Part shown: positions 18,540 to 29,097 of the stretch, piece after piece
Position numbering within the stretch: the stretch's first letter is position 1
How the letters are laid out: each line of letters starts with the position of its first letter
From: Candidatus Magasanikiibacteriota bacterium
GTDB taxonomy: Bacteria; Patescibacteriota; Patescibacteriia; Magasanikbacterales; GWA2-37-8
NCBI GenBank assembly: GCA_016189025.1
Contig: JACPGS010000004.1
Coordinates: 1 to 57,422, forward strand
Reading direction: 5' to 3'
DNA: 57,422 bases
Notes under the pieces: generated by a model
The model's database searches: none
Seen by the model: only the letters and a program-made list of their open reading frames with translations
What the model was told of the DNA's origin: nothing
Position numbers and translations under genes: made by a program

Positions 18540-18963
18540 TCACGAATTCATCCAGCGCAAAATTAAACTAATCCAAGAGGACTTAAGCCATCTGGAGCCG
18601 CTCAGCAAATATTCATTTACCGAATTGGCCCAAGACTCAATTAAATATGACGCTACGGAACGCATTTTAGAACGGATCATCACCCGTGCCATTGACCTAA
18701 ACCGGCATTGTCTTGCCGAACTGGGCAAAGGCAATGAGATAGTGCGAACGCATCAGGATACTTTTCTTCGCCTTGCCGACCTGGGTGTATATCCAGCTGA
18801 ATTTGCCGCCGAGATCGCGCCCTCCGCTGGCTTGCGTAATGTGCTGGTGCACGAATACGATCAGGTTGATCCGCGACAGGTATGGGAATCACTGGGCAAA
18901 GCGCTGGCGCAGTATGCCAAGTATTGCGAGTATCTGATTAAATTTTTGGAGAAGCATAACTGA
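18532..18963 (+). CDS. HEPN RNase toxin (HepT/DUF86)
   Basis: RNVLVHEY = Rx4HxY motif; overlaps the MNT stop. Confidence 0.9.
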   Translation: MLNHEFIQRKIKLIQEDLSHLEPLSKYSFTELAQDSIKYDATERILERIITRAIDLNRHCLAELGKGNEIVRTHQDTFLRLADLGVYPAEFAAEIAPSAGLRNVLVHEYDQVDPRQVWESLGKALAQYAKYCEYLIKFLEKHN

Positions 18964-18985
18964 TTAACTATTAATAACGGGCCAT

Positions 18986-19369
18986 ATGAACGAGCGTGAA
19001 AAGAAAGACCCCCAACCAATGTTTACGAATGACGAGCAGCGAAAGAAATTAATTGCTGCACACTATGACGAGCTAATGCTGGCGAAACTAGCGGAGAAAG
19101 TCGAGCGGCACAATTGGACTCAGGTTGTTCACCCGCCATCACAGGAAATAACGAAGGCCGTTAATGACCCGCGGCTTAGGGAGCTATTGGATGAAGAAAC
19201 AGCTTTACGACAAGGTGAAAGAGAAGACTTTATACAATTAGAGCAGATAAAAACCCAAGCTAGGGCGTTACTACAAACGGCTCAAATGATAGGCAAAAAC
19301 CCGGAAGCACGCCGGGTATTACTGGAACTGCTCGATCATATTAAAACGGCTGCCGAATCAGAGGAATAA
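18986..19369 (+). CDS. Hypothetical protein
   Basis: 127-aa charged helical ORF, no family recognised. Confidence 0.55.
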   Translation: MNEREKKDPQPMFTNDEQRKKLIAAHYDELMLAKLAEKVERHNWTQVVHPPSQEITKAVNDPRLRELLDEETALRQGEREDFIQLEQIKTQARALLQTAQMIGKNPEARRVLLELLDHIKTAAESEE

Positions 19370-20422
19370 TTTTTTATCAATTTGAGTAAGCTGATGTGGA
19401 CCGTTTTTGTTACAGACGAACACTTCCTCTAACCGCGCCCCACCCCAACCGGGAAGGTAAATCCCCGGCTCAATGGTAAATACCATTCCGGCTGCTAAAA
19501 TATCCTTGCTCGTCGGCGAGAGCACCGGCCGCTCGTGCACTTCTAAACCAACGCCGTGCCCCAGGGCGTGGCCGAAATATTTGCCATAGCCCTGCTTGGC
19601 GATATAATCGCGCGCGGCCTTATCAATGTCGGAGCATTTGACGCCTGGCCTTACCTTTTCCATCGCGTACAACTGCGCATCGTAGACGATCTGCCAGATC
19701 ATTTTTTGTTTTGGGGTAAGTTTGCCGACGCCGATTGTTACTGTCTCATCCGCGTGATAGCCCTGATACACCCCGCCGAAGTCAATGGTCACCAATTCGC
19801 CGGCGCGAATTTTTTTATCTGACGCCTTGCCGTGCGGCAAGGCCCCCCGCCATCCCGAGGCAACGATCGTGTCAAATCCAATCCGCTCGGCGCCGTGTTT
19901 AAGCAAAGCGCACTCCAGCTTCCGGGCAATATCAATTTCTTTGGCGCCAGGTTTGATCTGCGGCCGAATTTCCGCCCAGGCAAGTTTGTTTATCGCCAAA
20001 GCTTTGGCAACCTTCTCAATTTCAATCTTCGTCTTAATTATCCGCCACTCGGCTGGATCCTCGGTCATCGGCACCAACGTTACCCCCGGCAAACCTTTCT
20101 GCAGACGAAGATATTGCGCATAAGCGGTGGCTCCGGCTGCAAATCCCAGCCGCCGCAATTTTTTCGGCGGCAAAATTTTGAGAATGGTGTTAAAAAGATC
20201 GCGGTCCGAACGCACCAGGGCAAAACCTTTTACCTCCTGTTTCGCCTGCTCGGTATAGCGCGAATCAGTAAAGAAAAATTTCTGTTTTTTAGTAATCAAA
20301 ATTAACCCGTTGGTGCCGGTAAAACCGGAAAGATAACGAACATTGAGAAGATCGGCAATCAGAATGGCGTTGAGGCGGTAGCGGGAGAAGCGGGGAAAGA
20401 AAGTTTGAATAAAAAAGCGCAT
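19358..20422 (-). CDS. Xaa-Pro aminopeptidase (M24B)
   Basis: RYLSGFTG, FTDSRY creatinase N-domain, HGVGLEVHE, TIEPGIY. Confidence 0.92.
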   Translation of the reverse strand: MRFFIQTFFPRFSRYRLNAILIADLLNVRYLSGFTGTNGLILITKKQKFFFTDSRYTEQAKQEVKGFALVRSDRDLFNTILKILPPKKLRRLGFAAGATAYAQYLRLQKGLPGVTLVPMTEDPAEWRIIKTKIEIEKVAKALAINKLAWAEIRPQIKPGAKEIDIARKLECALLKHGAERIGFDTIVASGWRGALPHGKASDKKIRAGELVTIDFGGVYQGYHADETVTIGVGKLTPKQKMIWQIVYDAQLYAMEKVRPGVKCSDIDKAARDYIAKQGYGKYFGHALGHGVGLEVHERPVLSPTSKDILAAGMVFTIEPGIYLPGWGGARLEEVFVCNKNGPHQLTQIDKKLFL

Positions 20423-20426
20423 ATTG

Positions 20427-20954
20427 TCATGATGACAATATTCGTTTTATCTCTTCCCCGGCCCGTTCAATTGCCTGAAGCAAAATGCCTTGTTCCTCCT
20501 TGGTAAATTTAGCCAGCACAAATTCCGCCGTGTCCCCCCTCACGCCCGCTGCCGGGGCAATGCCCACCCGCACCCGCCAAAAATCCTTGGTGCCTAGGCG
20601 CTCAATAATGGACAACACGCCGTGATGCCCGGCCGCGCCCCGCCCCGGCTGCGCCCGAATCTCGCCGAGCGGAATGTCCTTGTCATCGTGCACGACGATA
20701 ATATCAGCGGACTTAAGGCCGTGCTTTTTGGCAACATAAGCTACCGCCACTCCCGATTCATTCATGTAGGTAGTAGGCTTCAATAATTCTACGGCCATGC
20801 CGTTTAAATCAATTTTTGTGTATAACGCCCGCGCCCGGGCGCTCTCTTGCCAGCGCATCTCACCCGCTAACCAATCTACCGCCAGGAACCCGACATTATG
20901 CCGTGTCCGCTCGTATTTTTTCCCGGGATTACCCAGGCCGACAATCAATTTCAT
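20427..20954 (-). CDS. pth: Peptidyl-tRNA hydrolase
   Basis: LIVGLGNPG, TRHNVGF, KPTTYMNESG. Confidence 0.96.
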   Translation of the reverse strand: MKLIVGLGNPGKKYERTRHNVGFLAVDWLAGEMRWQESARARALYTKIDLNGMAVELLKPTTYMNESGVAVAYVAKKHGLKSADIIVVHDDKDIPLGEIRAQPGRGAAGHHGVLSIIERLGTKDFWRVRVGIAPAAGVRGDTAEFVLAKFTKEEQGILLQAIERAGEEIKRILSS

Positions 20955-20955
20955 A

Positions 20956-22326
20956 CTATCTCTTCATCTTACTTAACTTAATAATAATCGGCGTGGCGAA
21001 AAAATCCCTTTCTTCGCGCAGGCGATTGGCCAAAAAATGCACGTAGGAAATGTGCAGCGAGGTTTTGGCTTTAATGCGGATATCAAACATCGGCGGGTCG
21101 GCGCGCAGCTGGGTCATCCCCAAAATTTTAGGGTGGCGTACCCCCTTGCCGCGGGTGGGCCGGTGTTTTTTGGTAACGCGAGCCAGCCAATCGCCGAGCT
21201 GCTGGTCGGTGAGTTCAGTGTGCCGCGCCGCGGCCGCCCGCTGGATTAAAGGAAAAATCTGCGCCACGCGATAGCCGGTTTTGGCGCTCACAAATACCAC
21301 CGGCGCAAAACTTAAATGCGGAAAAGCTCCGTAGACCATTTTTTTCACCTCATTGCGGAAGCGGTCGCTGTTATCGACGGCGGTATCCCATTTATTAAGG
21401 ACAATAATCGCGCTTTTGGTCTGTTCGCGCAATAAGCCGCCGAGCTGTTGATCCTGGTCAGTAATCGGCTCGCTGGCGTCTAACAGCAGAAGCACGACCA
21501 GAGAGCGCTTAATTGCTTCTAGGCTCTTCTGAATGCCCAGGCGCTCCAGCTCGCCCCCCACCTTGGCCTTGCGCCTAATGCCAGCGGTATCAATAAACAG
21601 AATCGGCTCGCCCTCCACCTCTACCAGGGTGTCGTGCGGCTCGCGCGTGGTGTGGGGCAGGGCGCTGACGATTACCCGCTCTTCGCCGATCAGCCGGTTA
21701 AATAAAGACGACTTGCCCACGTTCGGACGCCCCACAATGGCCACCGGCAAGGGTTTTACTTCCGGCGCTACCCGCGGCGGCGTCCCGCGCTTTTTTAATT
21801 GTTCGTAAATGACGTCCAGCAAATCACCCACCTGCCGGCCGGTGACCGCCGAAATGGCGCGGGGCGCCCCCAGCCCCAGCGAGCGCCATTCCCTCTCCGC
21901 CGCCCGCGTCGCCAGCGCCGCGCTATCGGCTTTATTAGCCACTAAAATTACGGGCAAACGAGCTGCCAACCGGCGCAATTGCTTCGCCAGCTGCTTCTCT
22001 TGCGGCAAAATCCCCTCGCGGATATCGGTAACAAAAATAATCAAGTCCGCTTCGCGCACCGCGATCTCGGTCTGTTTAATCACTTCTTCCTCCAGGGGAA
22101 TCCGGCGGTCAAAGGTCAGGCCGCCGGTATCAATCAGCCGGAATTGCCTGCCTCGCCAGGTGGCCAAAGCGATATTGCGGGTGCGGGTAGTGCCGGGAAC
22201 CTCGGAAACAATTGCCAGCGGCGCTTCGATAATCCGATTAAACAAAGTGGATTTGCCCACATTAACCCGGCCGACTAAGGCAACGGTAGGAACAGTCGGG
22301 GTAATGATGATAGCGGGAGTAGACAT
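20956..22326 (-). CDS. der: Ribosome biogenesis GTPase Der/EngA
   Basis: Two tandem G-domains (GRVNVGKS, GRPNVGKS; DTGG/DTAG; NKxD). Confidence 0.96.
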   Translation of the reverse strand: MSTPAIIITPTVPTVALVGRVNVGKSTLFNRIIEAPLAIVSEVPGTTRTRNIALATWRGRQFRLIDTGGLTFDRRIPLEEEVIKQTEIAVREADLIIFVTDIREGILPQEKQLAKQLRRLAARLPVILVANKADSAALATRAAEREWRSLGLGAPRAISAVTGRQVGDLLDVIYEQLKKRGTPPRVAPEVKPLPVAIVGRPNVGKSSLFNRLIGEERVIVSALPHTTREPHDTLVEVEGEPILFIDTAGIRRKAKVGGELERLGIQKSLEAIKRSLVVLLLLDASEPITDQDQQLGGLLREQTKSAIIVLNKWDTAVDNSDRFRNEVKKMVYGAFPHLSFAPVVFVSAKTGYRVAQIFPLIQRAAAARHTELTDQQLGDWLARVTKKHRPTRGKGVRHPKILGMTQLRADPPMFDIRIKAKTSLHISYVHFLANRLREERDFFATPIIIKLSKMKR

Positions 22327-22375
22327 AATTTAGCAGGCAGAGTAAGCAAGAGGAAAGTAGATTGCTGCTTGTTTT

Positions 22376-22500
22376 AGGATGATTTACGCGTTTGGATGCA
22401 GTTCAAGGCGGCAGCGAGCAGCGGAGTGAGCCGTAGCTAGAGCCTACGGCGAGCGAGCAGCGCAGCGACAACGCCGAAATGCGCCAAACGCGTAAATCCT
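22376..22500. repeat. Palindromic element family C
   Basis: CGCGTTTGG...CAGTTCAAGGCGG...CAACGCCGAAATGCGCCAAACGCG; second copy at 52930..53053. Confidence 0.8.
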
Positions 22501-22501
22501 G

Positions 22502-23971
22502 TTATTCCTTGAAATCTTCGCCTAACACTACTACTATGCCGGGGGCAGAGCCCGTTGCCGTGACCGCTTCAGTGGTCAGCCAGTTCGGCAAACTGGTAGA
22601 AAGCGGCGCGCGCAGGCGTTTACTTAACGCTTCCAGGGTGGCCACCGCCGTGGCGGTATCACGCACATATATAGTGGTAGAGGCCAGGGGACGCTGGGCA
22701 GTGTTGTCTACCGCCGTCACGCTGAACCCCTCCCGCCGCAATTCTGCGGATAGCCGTGCCGCGAGCCCCAAGCGCCAGGTGCCGTTCAAAACTGCCAGTC
22801 CCGCCGTGGTAGTGGCTGTGTTTACTGCCGACCGACTCAGCGGGCCGGTAACACCCGCGGCGGCCGGCTCGGCCGCGGCAAAAATATCGGCAATCGCCCG
22901 ATTAATCTCATTAAAATTACCGCTCTTAGGCGCCAGAATAAAAGCGCCGTTCTCGCCCGTGGTGTCCACTAGATAACCAGTCGGGCTGGTATCTAATACC
23001 AATAGCCGGGGCGACTGGGGCACTTCCCGCGCTAAACTTCCCAGGTACATCAGTTCGCTGAAGGTAAGATTAGTAGTTAAATGCTCGGCCACCGCCGCAT
23101 ACAGGGCTTGCACCCTGACCGGGTTAAGGTAAGTCCCCCAGGAGAGCAATTTATCGCGCAGCGCCAAAAGCACCAGTTGCTGGCGCCGCGCCCGGGCGAA
23201 ATCCGATCCCTCGCCGCTGTCGCCGTGCCGAGAGCGCACGTACTGCAGCACCCGTTCTCCGGTCATTATTTCGCGCCCGGCCGCAAAACGGACGGTTTGA
23301 TAAGATTCATTAGGGCCCGGGTACTGGGTGTCGGTAAAAGCGCGCGGCACGTCCAGCGGGAGCCCGCCTAAAGCATCCACCAATTTTTCCACCGCCCGGA
23401 AATCTACCCGTAGATAATAAGGAACGCTGAGATTAAAGGTGGCGGAAAAAACCTGCCGCGCCAGCTCGCCCCCGCTGTCCTTTTGTTGCGCTTCGCCAAT
23501 GGCATTGGCATTGTTGACCCGGCGCCAGCCGTGCCCGGTGATTGCTACCCCTAAATCGCGCGGCACCGAAATCAGCGCCGCTTCTTTGCGGGAGGGTTTA
23601 AGGCTGACGATAATATTGGTGTCGGTAAGATACGGGCCTTCGTGCCCGGCGCCGCCCATCCCCAGCAGCAAAATGTTAATCCGATCTTCGGTATTGCCGG
23701 CGAGCGACGTTTCCGGACGCCAAAAAAAATGCTTTACCACCTGGAGCAGGTTAATCCGTTGCCGGCCGATGGTTACTTGGCGATGCGTCCCGGACTGTCT
23801 TGATAAATTAATATCCAAAAAATAAGCGCCGCTATACCCCACCAGAAGAAGCAGCGCAACATAAACTAAACGCTTTGCCCAAAAGCGGCGCGGCGCGCCC
23901 GGGGCGGGAAGCTTGGGAGATAACAAATTAGGCGGCTGGCCGTCGGAATTGGGAATCGCTTGATCTGCCAT
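22502..23971 (-). CDS. LCP (LytR-CpsA-Psr) family protein with LytR C-terminal domain
   Basis: N-terminal TM, RINILLLG, TDT, SVPRD, RSRH, SDFARARRQ, C-terminal VLNGT...GLAA. Confidence 0.9.
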   Translation of the reverse strand: MADQAIPNSDGQPPNLLSPKLPAPGAPRRFWAKRLVYVALLLLVGYSGAYFLDINLSRQSGTHRQVTIGRQRINLLQVVKHFFWRPETSLAGNTEDRINILLLGMGGAGHEGPYLTDTNIIVSLKPSRKEAALISVPRDLGVAITGHGWRRVNNANAIGEAQQKDSGGELARQVFSATFNLSVPYYLRVDFRAVEKLVDALGGLPLDVPRAFTDTQYPGPNESYQTVRFAAGREIMTGERVLQYVRSRHGDSGEGSDFARARRQQLVLLALRDKLLSWGTYLNPVRVQALYAAVAEHLTTNLTFSELMYLGSLAREVPQSPRLLVLDTSPTGYLVDTTGENGAFILAPKSGNFNEINRAIADIFAAAEPAAAGVTGPLSRSAVNTATTTAGLAVLNGTWRLGLAARLSAELRREGFSVTAVDNTAQRPLASTTIYVRDTATAVATLEALSKRLRAPLSTSLPNWLTTEAVTATGSAPGIVVVLGEDFKE

Positions 23972-24052
23972 AGCGTGCGGGATTATAGCACGGCGCACGC
24001 TCTTCCTCAAGGCCGGGGCCGCTTGCTTTAGGCTAATCCTTTATGCTATAGT

Positions 24053-24231
24053 GAGACTGTAGAAGAATGCCGACCATAATCGTTATCCGCCTAGTCGCCA
24101 TCGCTATTGCTAAAACCAGCCTGGTTGGTCGCGGCAGACACTCTTTGGGTGCTCATTCCATTGCGCGCCCAAAGACACTCGTCTGCCGCTCCCTGATGCT
24201 AATTGGTATTTTTCAATTCTTCTACAGTCTC
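24053..24231. mobile_element. MITE family A copy
   Basis: TIR GAGACTGTAGAAGAAT/ATTCTTCTACAGTCTC flanked by the direct repeat ATAGT. Confidence 0.8.
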
Positions 24232-24253
24232 ATAGTAAAAATGACCCTGCTAG

Positions 24254-24327
24254 GGTCGTGTAGCTCAGCTGGTTAGAGCGCTGCGTTCACATCGCAGAGG
24301 TCTCTGGTTCAAGGCCAGACACGACCA
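24254..24327 (+). tRNA. tRNA-Val(CAC)
   Basis: GGTCGTG/CACGACC acceptor stem, CTGCG-TTCACAT-CGCAG anticodon arm; CCA not fully encoded. Confidence 0.94.
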
Positions 24328-24357
24328 CCTAAATCAACTAAGGCTAATTGCTGAAAT

Positions 24358-24864
24358 ATGCCCGTTAATCTCAACCGCCAGGAAGCTAACCTCGGCAATA
24401 TCATTTTTCAGTGGACCGTGCCGGAATACGAACGCCACCAGCGCAGCCGGCGCTGGTTTATGGTGATGATCACCCTCGGCGCCCTGCTGGTGGTCTACGG
24501 CCTGTTGGCCCGCAATTATCTGTTCGCCCTGATTATTGTGCTCTTCGGCGTTATTCTTTACCTGCACCAGGTGCAAGAGCCGCTGCAGGTGCCCTTTGCC
24601 ATTACCGAAACCGGCATTGTCATCGGCCGCAAATTTTACCGCTACTCCGAACTCAAAAGTTTCTGGGTAATTTATAATCCGCCCCAGGTGAAAAATCTTT
24701 ACTTCGCGCCGGGCAATTTTATCCGCCACCGCTTACAGATTCCGCTGTTGGACTACGACCCGCGCCCGGTGCGCGAATATCTGTCCCAATTCCTGGCGGA
24801 AAATCTGGATGAAGAAGAAGAGCCGGTGAGCGACCGCCTGGGCCGGGTCTTGAAACTCCATTGA
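24358..24864 (+). CDS. Hypothetical membrane protein (two N-terminal TM helices)
   Basis: WTVPEYERHQR...WF followed by two hydrophobic helices. Confidence 0.75.
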   Translation: MPVNLNRQEANLGNIIFQWTVPEYERHQRSRRWFMVMITLGALLVVYGLLARNYLFALIIVLFGVILYLHQVQEPLQVPFAITETGIVIGRKFYRYSELKSFWVIYNPPQVKNLYFAPGNFIRHRLQIPLLDYDPRPVREYLSQFLAENLDEEEEPVSDRLGRVLKLH

Positions 24865-24892
24865 AGCGGTGGTATAATGCTCTTCTAGAATT

Positions 24893-24967
24893 GCCCTCGT
24901 CGTTCAATGGATAGGACACAAGATTGCGGATCTTGTAATTGAGGTTCAACTCCTCACGAGGGCACCA
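24893..24967 (+). tRNA. tRNA-Arg(GCG)
   Basis: GCCCTCG/CGAGGGC acceptor, CAAGA-TTGCGGA-TCTTG anticodon arm, encoded CCA; TGGTATAAT -10 upstream. Confidence 0.94.
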
Positions 24968-25017
24968 GAATTAGGCCGTTTCCACCCCGCTAAATTTTTT
25001 ACCCTAACTATCTAATT

Positions 25018-26514
25018 ATGGCTTTCTTTAACCGCCTTGCTACCGCGGGGCAACGCTGGGGAAATAGCCGCGCCTTTACCCTGCGCCTTCTGGTAATCGG
25101 TTTTTTGCTGCTGATTTTCTTCTTCCCCACTTATCTGGTGCAGAATTTAATCCGCGAGCGCGCCGGGCGCCAAACCGAAGCAGTGCGCGAGGTAAGCAGC
25201 AAGTGGGGCGAATCACAGGTAGTGGCCGGGCCCATTTTAGTGGTCCCCTATCACCCTTACGGCCCCATTCCCATTCCCCAAAACCCCAAAAGCGCCGGCT
25301 ACCTGGACCCCGGCCAACTGCGCCAGGCGTATTTTGTGCCTGATCAGCTGAAAATTTCCGGCCTGGTAAAAACGCAGCTGCGCTCCCGCGGCATCTACCG
25401 CGTGCCGTTATACGAAGGAGACCTCCAGCTGGCCGGCTCCTTTACCATGCCCGAACTTGCCCCGCTTAATTTGGGTCCGGAACGGATGTATTGGAACAAG
25501 GCGTACGTGGTAATGGGGGGCCTGGATTTAAGCGGCCTGCGCGGGCCGATTAACCTCAACTGGCAGTCCGGGGCCAGCCAGTTTGCCAGCGGCAATAAAA
25601 GCAAAATTTTTACTTCCGAGGTAGCAGCGCCGGTAGCTTTCACCCCGGAGCCTAATAAAAAATACTCCTTTACCATTAGCGTGCCCCTGCGCGGTAGCGG
25701 CAATCTGTTCTTTGTGCCGGTGGGCAAACAAACCGAAGTCGCTCTGCAGTCAAACTGGACCGCGCCGAGTTTTGACGGCACCTTTTTGCCTACTTCCCAC
25801 CAAATGGATGACAAAGGGTTTTCCGCCCAGTGGCAGGTATTTGATTTGAATCGCACCCTGCCCCCGAGTTGGACCGACACCCAACAAATTTCCCTGGCCT
25901 CCGCGGTGCAAAATGCCAGCTACCAGGCCACGGCGCTTACGCGCTACTACGACAACCGGTATAACCGGTACTCTAACAGCGCCAATAAATATTCCCTGGG
26001 CGAATTCGGCGTGCGCTTTTACCTGCCGGTGGATATTTACCAAAAAACCACCCGCTCGGCTAAATACGCTATGGCGGTAATCGGCCTGGTCTTCCTGATT
26101 TATTTTTTGGTAGAAGCGGCGGCGCGGCGGCGCGTCAACCCCTTACAATATATTCTGGTCGGGCTGGCCTTATGCATCTTCTACACCCTGCTGCTGTCCA
26201 TTTCCGAATACCTCTCTTTTGGCTATGCCTATTTAATCGCCAGCACGGCGATTGTGGGGATGATTGGCCTCTTCACCAAAAGCATCCTTAAAAGCGGGCG
26301 GCTGGGGCTGGTGCAGGGGGGCATCCTGGCCTTTCTCTACGGCTTTATTTTCATCCTGCTGCAATCCCAGGATTACACTTTACTCATCGGCAGCATCGGC
26401 TTATTCCTTATCCTCGGGGTGCTAATGTACTTCTCGCGCTTTGTTAACTGGTACGACGAAGACCGGGTAGAGCATCATTCCGCCGCCCCGCCGGCAGACA
26501 CCCCTCACTTCTAA
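25018..26514 (+). CDS. creD: Inner membrane protein CreD
   Basis: LIRER...W, GPILVVPY, RGIYRVP, WTAPSF, YQKTTRSAKYA, QYILVGLAL, LLLSISE. Confidence 0.9.
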   Translation: MAFFNRLATAGQRWGNSRAFTLRLLVIGFLLLIFFFPTYLVQNLIRERAGRQTEAVREVSSKWGESQVVAGPILVVPYHPYGPIPIPQNPKSAGYLDPGQLRQAYFVPDQLKISGLVKTQLRSRGIYRVPLYEGDLQLAGSFTMPELAPLNLGPERMYWNKAYVVMGGLDLSGLRGPINLNWQSGASQFASGNKSKIFTSEVAAPVAFTPEPNKKYSFTISVPLRGSGNLFFVPVGKQTEVALQSNWTAPSFDGTFLPTSHQMDDKGFSAQWQVFDLNRTLPPSWTDTQQISLASAVQNASYQATALTRYYDNRYNRYSNSANKYSLGEFGVRFYLPVDIYQKTTRSAKYAMAVIGLVFLIYFLVEAAARRRVNPLQYILVGLALCIFYTLLLSISEYLSFGYAYLIASTAIVGMIGLFTKSILKSGRLGLVQGGILAFLYGFIFILLQSQDYTLLIGSIGLFLILGVLMYFSRFVNWYDEDRVEHHSAAPPADTPHF

Positions 26515-26516
26515 AT

Positions 26517-26819
26517 ATGCCTCAACCCTGGACTGCCACGGCGCCAGTATTGTCCCCTGACGAAATTGCTCCAGAGGAAGAACCAGAGGAGACACTCCCA
26601 GAATCTGAGTCGCCCCCAATTAAAGAACTAACAGCGGAATGGCAAAGACGGCGCGCCCAAATCCGGGAATTAAACCGCCGTCCTAATCTATCAACTACCG
26701 AAAGAAATGAACTTCAGGCCGCTCAAAAACGCAAAGCGGAAATTGACCAAGAGCTTATTAGGCTACGACAGCCGCGGGAAAGCGCTGCTCAACCCCTCGG
26801 CCGGCCTGCCCACGGGTAA
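26517..26819 (+). CDS. Hypothetical protein
   Basis: 100-aa ORF, acidic N-terminus and coiled-coil, follows creD. Confidence 0.5.
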   Translation: MPQPWTATAPVLSPDEIAPEEEPEETLPESESPPIKELTAEWQRRRAQIRELNRRPNLSTTERNELQAAQKRKAEIDQELIRLRQPRESAAQPLGRPAHG

Positions 26820-26835
26820 ACCGCCGCTGAAACCC

Positions 26836-27249
26836 ATGTTTACAAAAACTGACCTCTACCAAATTTTCCGCTATCCGGTAGCCCTGTTTGGCATTAACTT
26901 GTTCCTTTATACTCTGTTCCCCCGGTGGTCCGAGTATTGGCACGCGGATATTCCCCTGCACTTTTTGGGGGGCTTAAGCATTGCCTGCGGAGCACGCCGC
27001 GTGTGGGAAGTGTTGCGGCGGGAAAGAGTATTAACTTCATCTAGCAAACTGGCTCTCGGATACGTGATGGTAGCTACCGTCGCCCTGGTCGCCGTACTCT
27101 GGGAAGGGTATGAATTTTTTTGGGACTTGACCTTTGGCACCTACTACCAAAAAAGTAACTTTGACACTTCTAAAGATTTACTGCTGGGCCTTGCTGGCGG
27201 CCTGGTTTATACTCTAGCGAAACTTAAAAATCGCTTTCCCAAAACGTAA
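26836..27249 (+). CDS. Hypothetical membrane protein
   Basis: D-x-x-x-HFLGG, WExxEF, DTxxD motifs and four hydrophobic segments. Confidence 0.7.
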   Translation: MFTKTDLYQIFRYPVALFGINLFLYTLFPRWSEYWHADIPLHFLGGLSIACGARRVWEVLRRERVLTSSSKLALGYVMVATVALVAVLWEGYEFFWDLTFGTYYQKSNFDTSKDLLLGLAGGLVYTLAKLKNRFPKT

Positions 27250-27557
27250 CTCATGCTCTTATGACAAGCCCGACGCAGTAGCGTCGGGCTATTCCCCATC
27301 AGGGGATTGCTGGCCTTTGCTTGGCCGCCCCCTCCTCCCGGCGGGGCTATGTCCGGTTCTGTTCTTGGCCGGCTGGCTGCGCCACCGCCCTCCTTCACCT
27401 CCACCTCCGGTCAAAATCCCTGAACCGGGCTGCCATTTACGGCTGGCAGCAGCCATGGTCCGACTGCCCGGGCACCTGTTTCATGCAGATCCTCCTCGGT
27501 TTGCAGGTTAGTCTTAAGTATACTGCCAAAAACTTTTTTTTACAATGAGGCTGTAGA

Positions 27558-27761
27558 AGATCGTTGAAAAACTCGCCCACTTGTCATTCCGAGCCCATTC
27601 GACTCGCAACGCTCGCTCAGGGTAAACTCCGCCGAGAGCCTGCCCTGAGCCTGCCGAAGGGAATCCCTTGTCGCTATGTTAAGCGATTCCTCCACTCCCT
27701 CCCCCGACTTAGTCGGGGTCGGTCGGTCGGAATGACAATTAACGAAGTTTTTCAACGGTCT
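27558..27761. repeat. MITE-like family B copy with nested REP-like units
   Basis: AGATCGTTGAAAAACTC...GTTTTTCAACGGTCT ends; internal GTCATTCCG/CGGAATGAC and CCTGAGCCTGCCGAAGG units; CTGTAGA on both flanks. Confidence 0.75.
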
Positions 27762-27797
27762 ACTGTAGAAGAATGGACCGCCGCGCGCGCGGCCCAG

Positions 27798-29093
27798 CTA
27801 GGGCCGCAGGCGTCCGATGGTGCGCGGAAAAGGAATACACTCGCGGATGTGTTCCGCCCCGGCAATCCAGCGCACCACCCGCTCCAGCCCCAGGCCAAAA
27901 CCAGAGTGAGGAACAGAACCGAAACGGCGGGTATCCAGGTACCATTCGTAATCAGCCTGGTTTAATCCTTCGGATTTCATCCGCTCAATCAGCACATCAA
28001 CCCGCTCCTCGCGCTGGCTGCCGCCGACAATTTCTCCCCCGCCTTCGGTGGCGATTAAATCAGCGTTAAAAACAACATCGGGATTGTTCGGATCGCGTTT
28101 CATGTAAAATGGCTTAATCTCTTTGGGCCATTTTTCTATAAACACCGGCACCGCGCTGTTTTTAGTCAACCGCCCTTCATCATCGTTGCCCAGATCTTCG
28201 CCGTATTTGATGTCAGAACCCAGCTCATTTAGTTTTTTGATTGCCTGCTTGTAGGTATACCGCGTAAACGGCGCGTCGGCTTGGCGCAAATTATCAAGGT
28301 TGCGCTCCCGGATGGCTAATTCTTCCTGGCAATGCTCCAGGCAATAACGAATAATATGGCGCACCAGCCCTTCCTGAATTTTTAAATTCTCATCGTGCTC
28401 CACAAAGGCCGCTTCCGCATCCATCATCCAGAATTCGGTTAAATGCCGCTTGGTTTTGCTTTTTTCGGCGCGGAATACCGGGCCAAAATCATAACAGCGC
28501 CCCACGCTGGCGATCGCCGCCTCCAGGTAAAGCTGGCCGGATTGCGCCAGGTAGGCCGTGCCGAGGTCAAAGTATTCTACCGGAAAAAGCGTAGTAGTGC
28601 CCTCGCAGGCGTTGGGCGTAAAAATAGGCGTATCCAGCCGGATAAAATTCTGCTGGTGCAGATATTCGTTGACCGCCGTGGTTACGGCGTCGCGCAGGCG
28701 CAAAATCGCCCATTGCTGGCGGCTGCGCAGCCACAAGTGGCGGTGGTCCATTAGAAACTCCGGCCCGTGCTCTTTTTTAGTAATCGGGTAATCGTGAGCA
28801 AGCTGGAGAATTTGAAAATCAGTAACCTGGAGTTCGTACACTCCCTCGCGTTTGGGATGTTGGGCAACTTTCCCGGTAACACTCACCGACGATTCCTGGG
28901 TAGCTGCTTCTACCGACCGCCAAACTTCCGCCGTTACCGCCTCTTTATTAACCACCGCCGGCGTCCAGCCTGACCCGTCGCGGATTTCCAAAAACGCAAT
29001 CGGCCCAGAGGAGCGTTTATTGTACAGCCAACCTAATATGGTAACGGTGGCATTGATATGCCGCCCTAGATTACGAGCAAGCATCTGGGGCAT
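27798..29093 (-). CDS. asnS: Asparagine--tRNA ligase
   Basis: [49 protein letters not shown]. Confidence 0.96.
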   Translation of the reverse strand: MPQMLARNLGRHINATVTILGWLYNKRSSGPIAFLEIRDGSGWTPAVVNKEAVTAEVWRSVEAATQESSVSVTGKVAQHPKREGVYELQVTDFQILQLAHDYPITKKEHGPEFLMDHRHLWLRSRQQWAILRLRDAVTTAVNEYLHQQNFIRLDTPIFTPNACEGTTTLFPVEYFDLGTAYLAQSGQLYLEAAIASVGRCYDFGPVFRAEKSKTKRHLTEFWMMDAEAAFVEHDENLKIQEGLVRHIIRYCLEHCQEELAIRERNLDNLRQADAPFTRYTYKQAIKKLNELGSDIKYGEDLGNDDEGRLTKNSAVPVFIEKWPKEIKPFYMKRDPNNPDVVFNADLIATEGGGEIVGGSQREERVDVLIERMKSEGLNQADYEWYLDTRRFGSVPHSGFGLGLERVVRWIAGAEHIRECIPFPRTIGRLRP

Positions 29094-29097
29094 ATTA

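Noticed and set aside
27265-27510. RNase P RNA
   Set aside because: ACAGAACCGG resembles the 3' conserved region, but GAGGAAAGTCC and the other conserved regions are missing.
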